The notes beneath the pieces were generated by a model that searched no databases, had not been told where the DNA came from, and saw only the letters and a list, made by a program, of their open reading frames with translations. A program made the translations under genes and the position numbers. From positions 1 through 43,075 of IMG/VR virus record IMGVR_UViG_3300037467_001389: 43,075 nt of DNA; one strand, written 5' to 3'. This DNA comes from a virus (taxonomy: Duplodnaviria; Caudoviricetes). Of the stretch, positions 42,637 to 43,075 are shown piece by piece. Positions within the stretch are counted from its first letter, which is position 1. Each line of letters starts with the position of its first letter.

Positions 42637-43050
42637 ATGCCCAAACGTCCGTCGATGTTCCGACCTCACGGTGCGCCGTCGGCCATTGAGCGCGTTGCAA
42701 AGTACGAGCAGCGGCGAGGTACGGCGCGTGAGCGCGGATACGATGCGCGTTGGGATGAGGCGTCGAGGGCGTTTCGGGGTTCTCATCCGCTGTGCTTGGG
42801 ATGCAGTGCCGTTGGTCGGACTACGCTGACGGACGTATGCGATCATATCATCCCACATCGTGGCGACATGGTTCTGTTCTGGGACCCGGAGAACAGGCAG
42901 CCGGCATGCAGTTGGCATCACTCGGTGGTGAAACAGATGCTGGAACAACAGTTCGACGATGGCGAGATCGCAGCCGATCAATTGCGTCTCGACAGTGCCG
43001 CTGCGGTCGAACTGACGCTGGAACTCATGCCACCCCCAGGGGGGGTCTGA
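42637..43050 (+). CDS. Terminase-associated HNH endonuclease
   Basis: RGY..RW, HPLC..C, DHIIPHRGD..LFWD..N.Q..C..HH motifs; adjacent to cos/terS as for HK97 gp74. Confidence 0.92.
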   Translation: MPKRPSMFRPHGAPSAIERVAKYEQRRGTARERGYDARWDEASRAFRGSHPLCLGCSAVGRTTLTDVCDHIIPHRGDMVLFWDPENRQPACSWHHSVVKQMLEQQFDDGEIAADQLRLDSAAAVELTLELMPPPGGV

Positions 43051-43075
43051 AAGTCTGGGGCCGAGGGGGTCGGAC
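43030..43075. other. Right genome end / cos region
   Basis: G-run GGGGGGGGTC then ...GGAC at the terminus; when circularised it lies between HNH and terS. Confidence 0.6.

Overview
The window appears to be one complete, cos-terminated temperate siphovirus genome (HK97-type head, lambda-like tail) in its excised form, probably infecting a high-GC alphaproteobacterium (Rhizobiales/Nitrobacteraceae-like; inferred from gene families, a GTTC-N7-GTTC SOS box and the tRNA-Arg att core). Gene order: terS-terL-portal-S49 protease-capsid-neck-tail tube-chaperones (-1 frameshift)-tape measure-tail tip-fibre; lysis (TIGR02594-type endolysin, holin, Rz/Rz1); small accessory genes; attP (3' half of tRNA-Arg TCT); int/xis; leftward early operon; cI/cro with six GGTAC-N5-GTACC operators; rightward early operon (CII-like, ParB/MT-A70 MTase, ASCH, C5 MTase, initiator with iterons); NusG-like antiterminator; HNH; cos. 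The most unusual signals are: (1) an unannotated 31-aa hydrophobic peptide gene directly behind a perfect alphaproteobacterial LexA box, a TisB/DinQ-like SOS module; (2) five antisense cargo loci inside operons, one BssS-like, with chains of translationally coupled 'filler' ORFs over them in the early operons; (3) a signal-peptide-like N-terminus on the major capsid protein; (4) a 27-unit Gly-X hexamer repeat protein paired with a DUF6948-like gene; (5) an apparently split neck gene, embedded structured RNAs and a decayed tRNA-fMet. All family assignments come from motif recognition by eye; no database searches were run.
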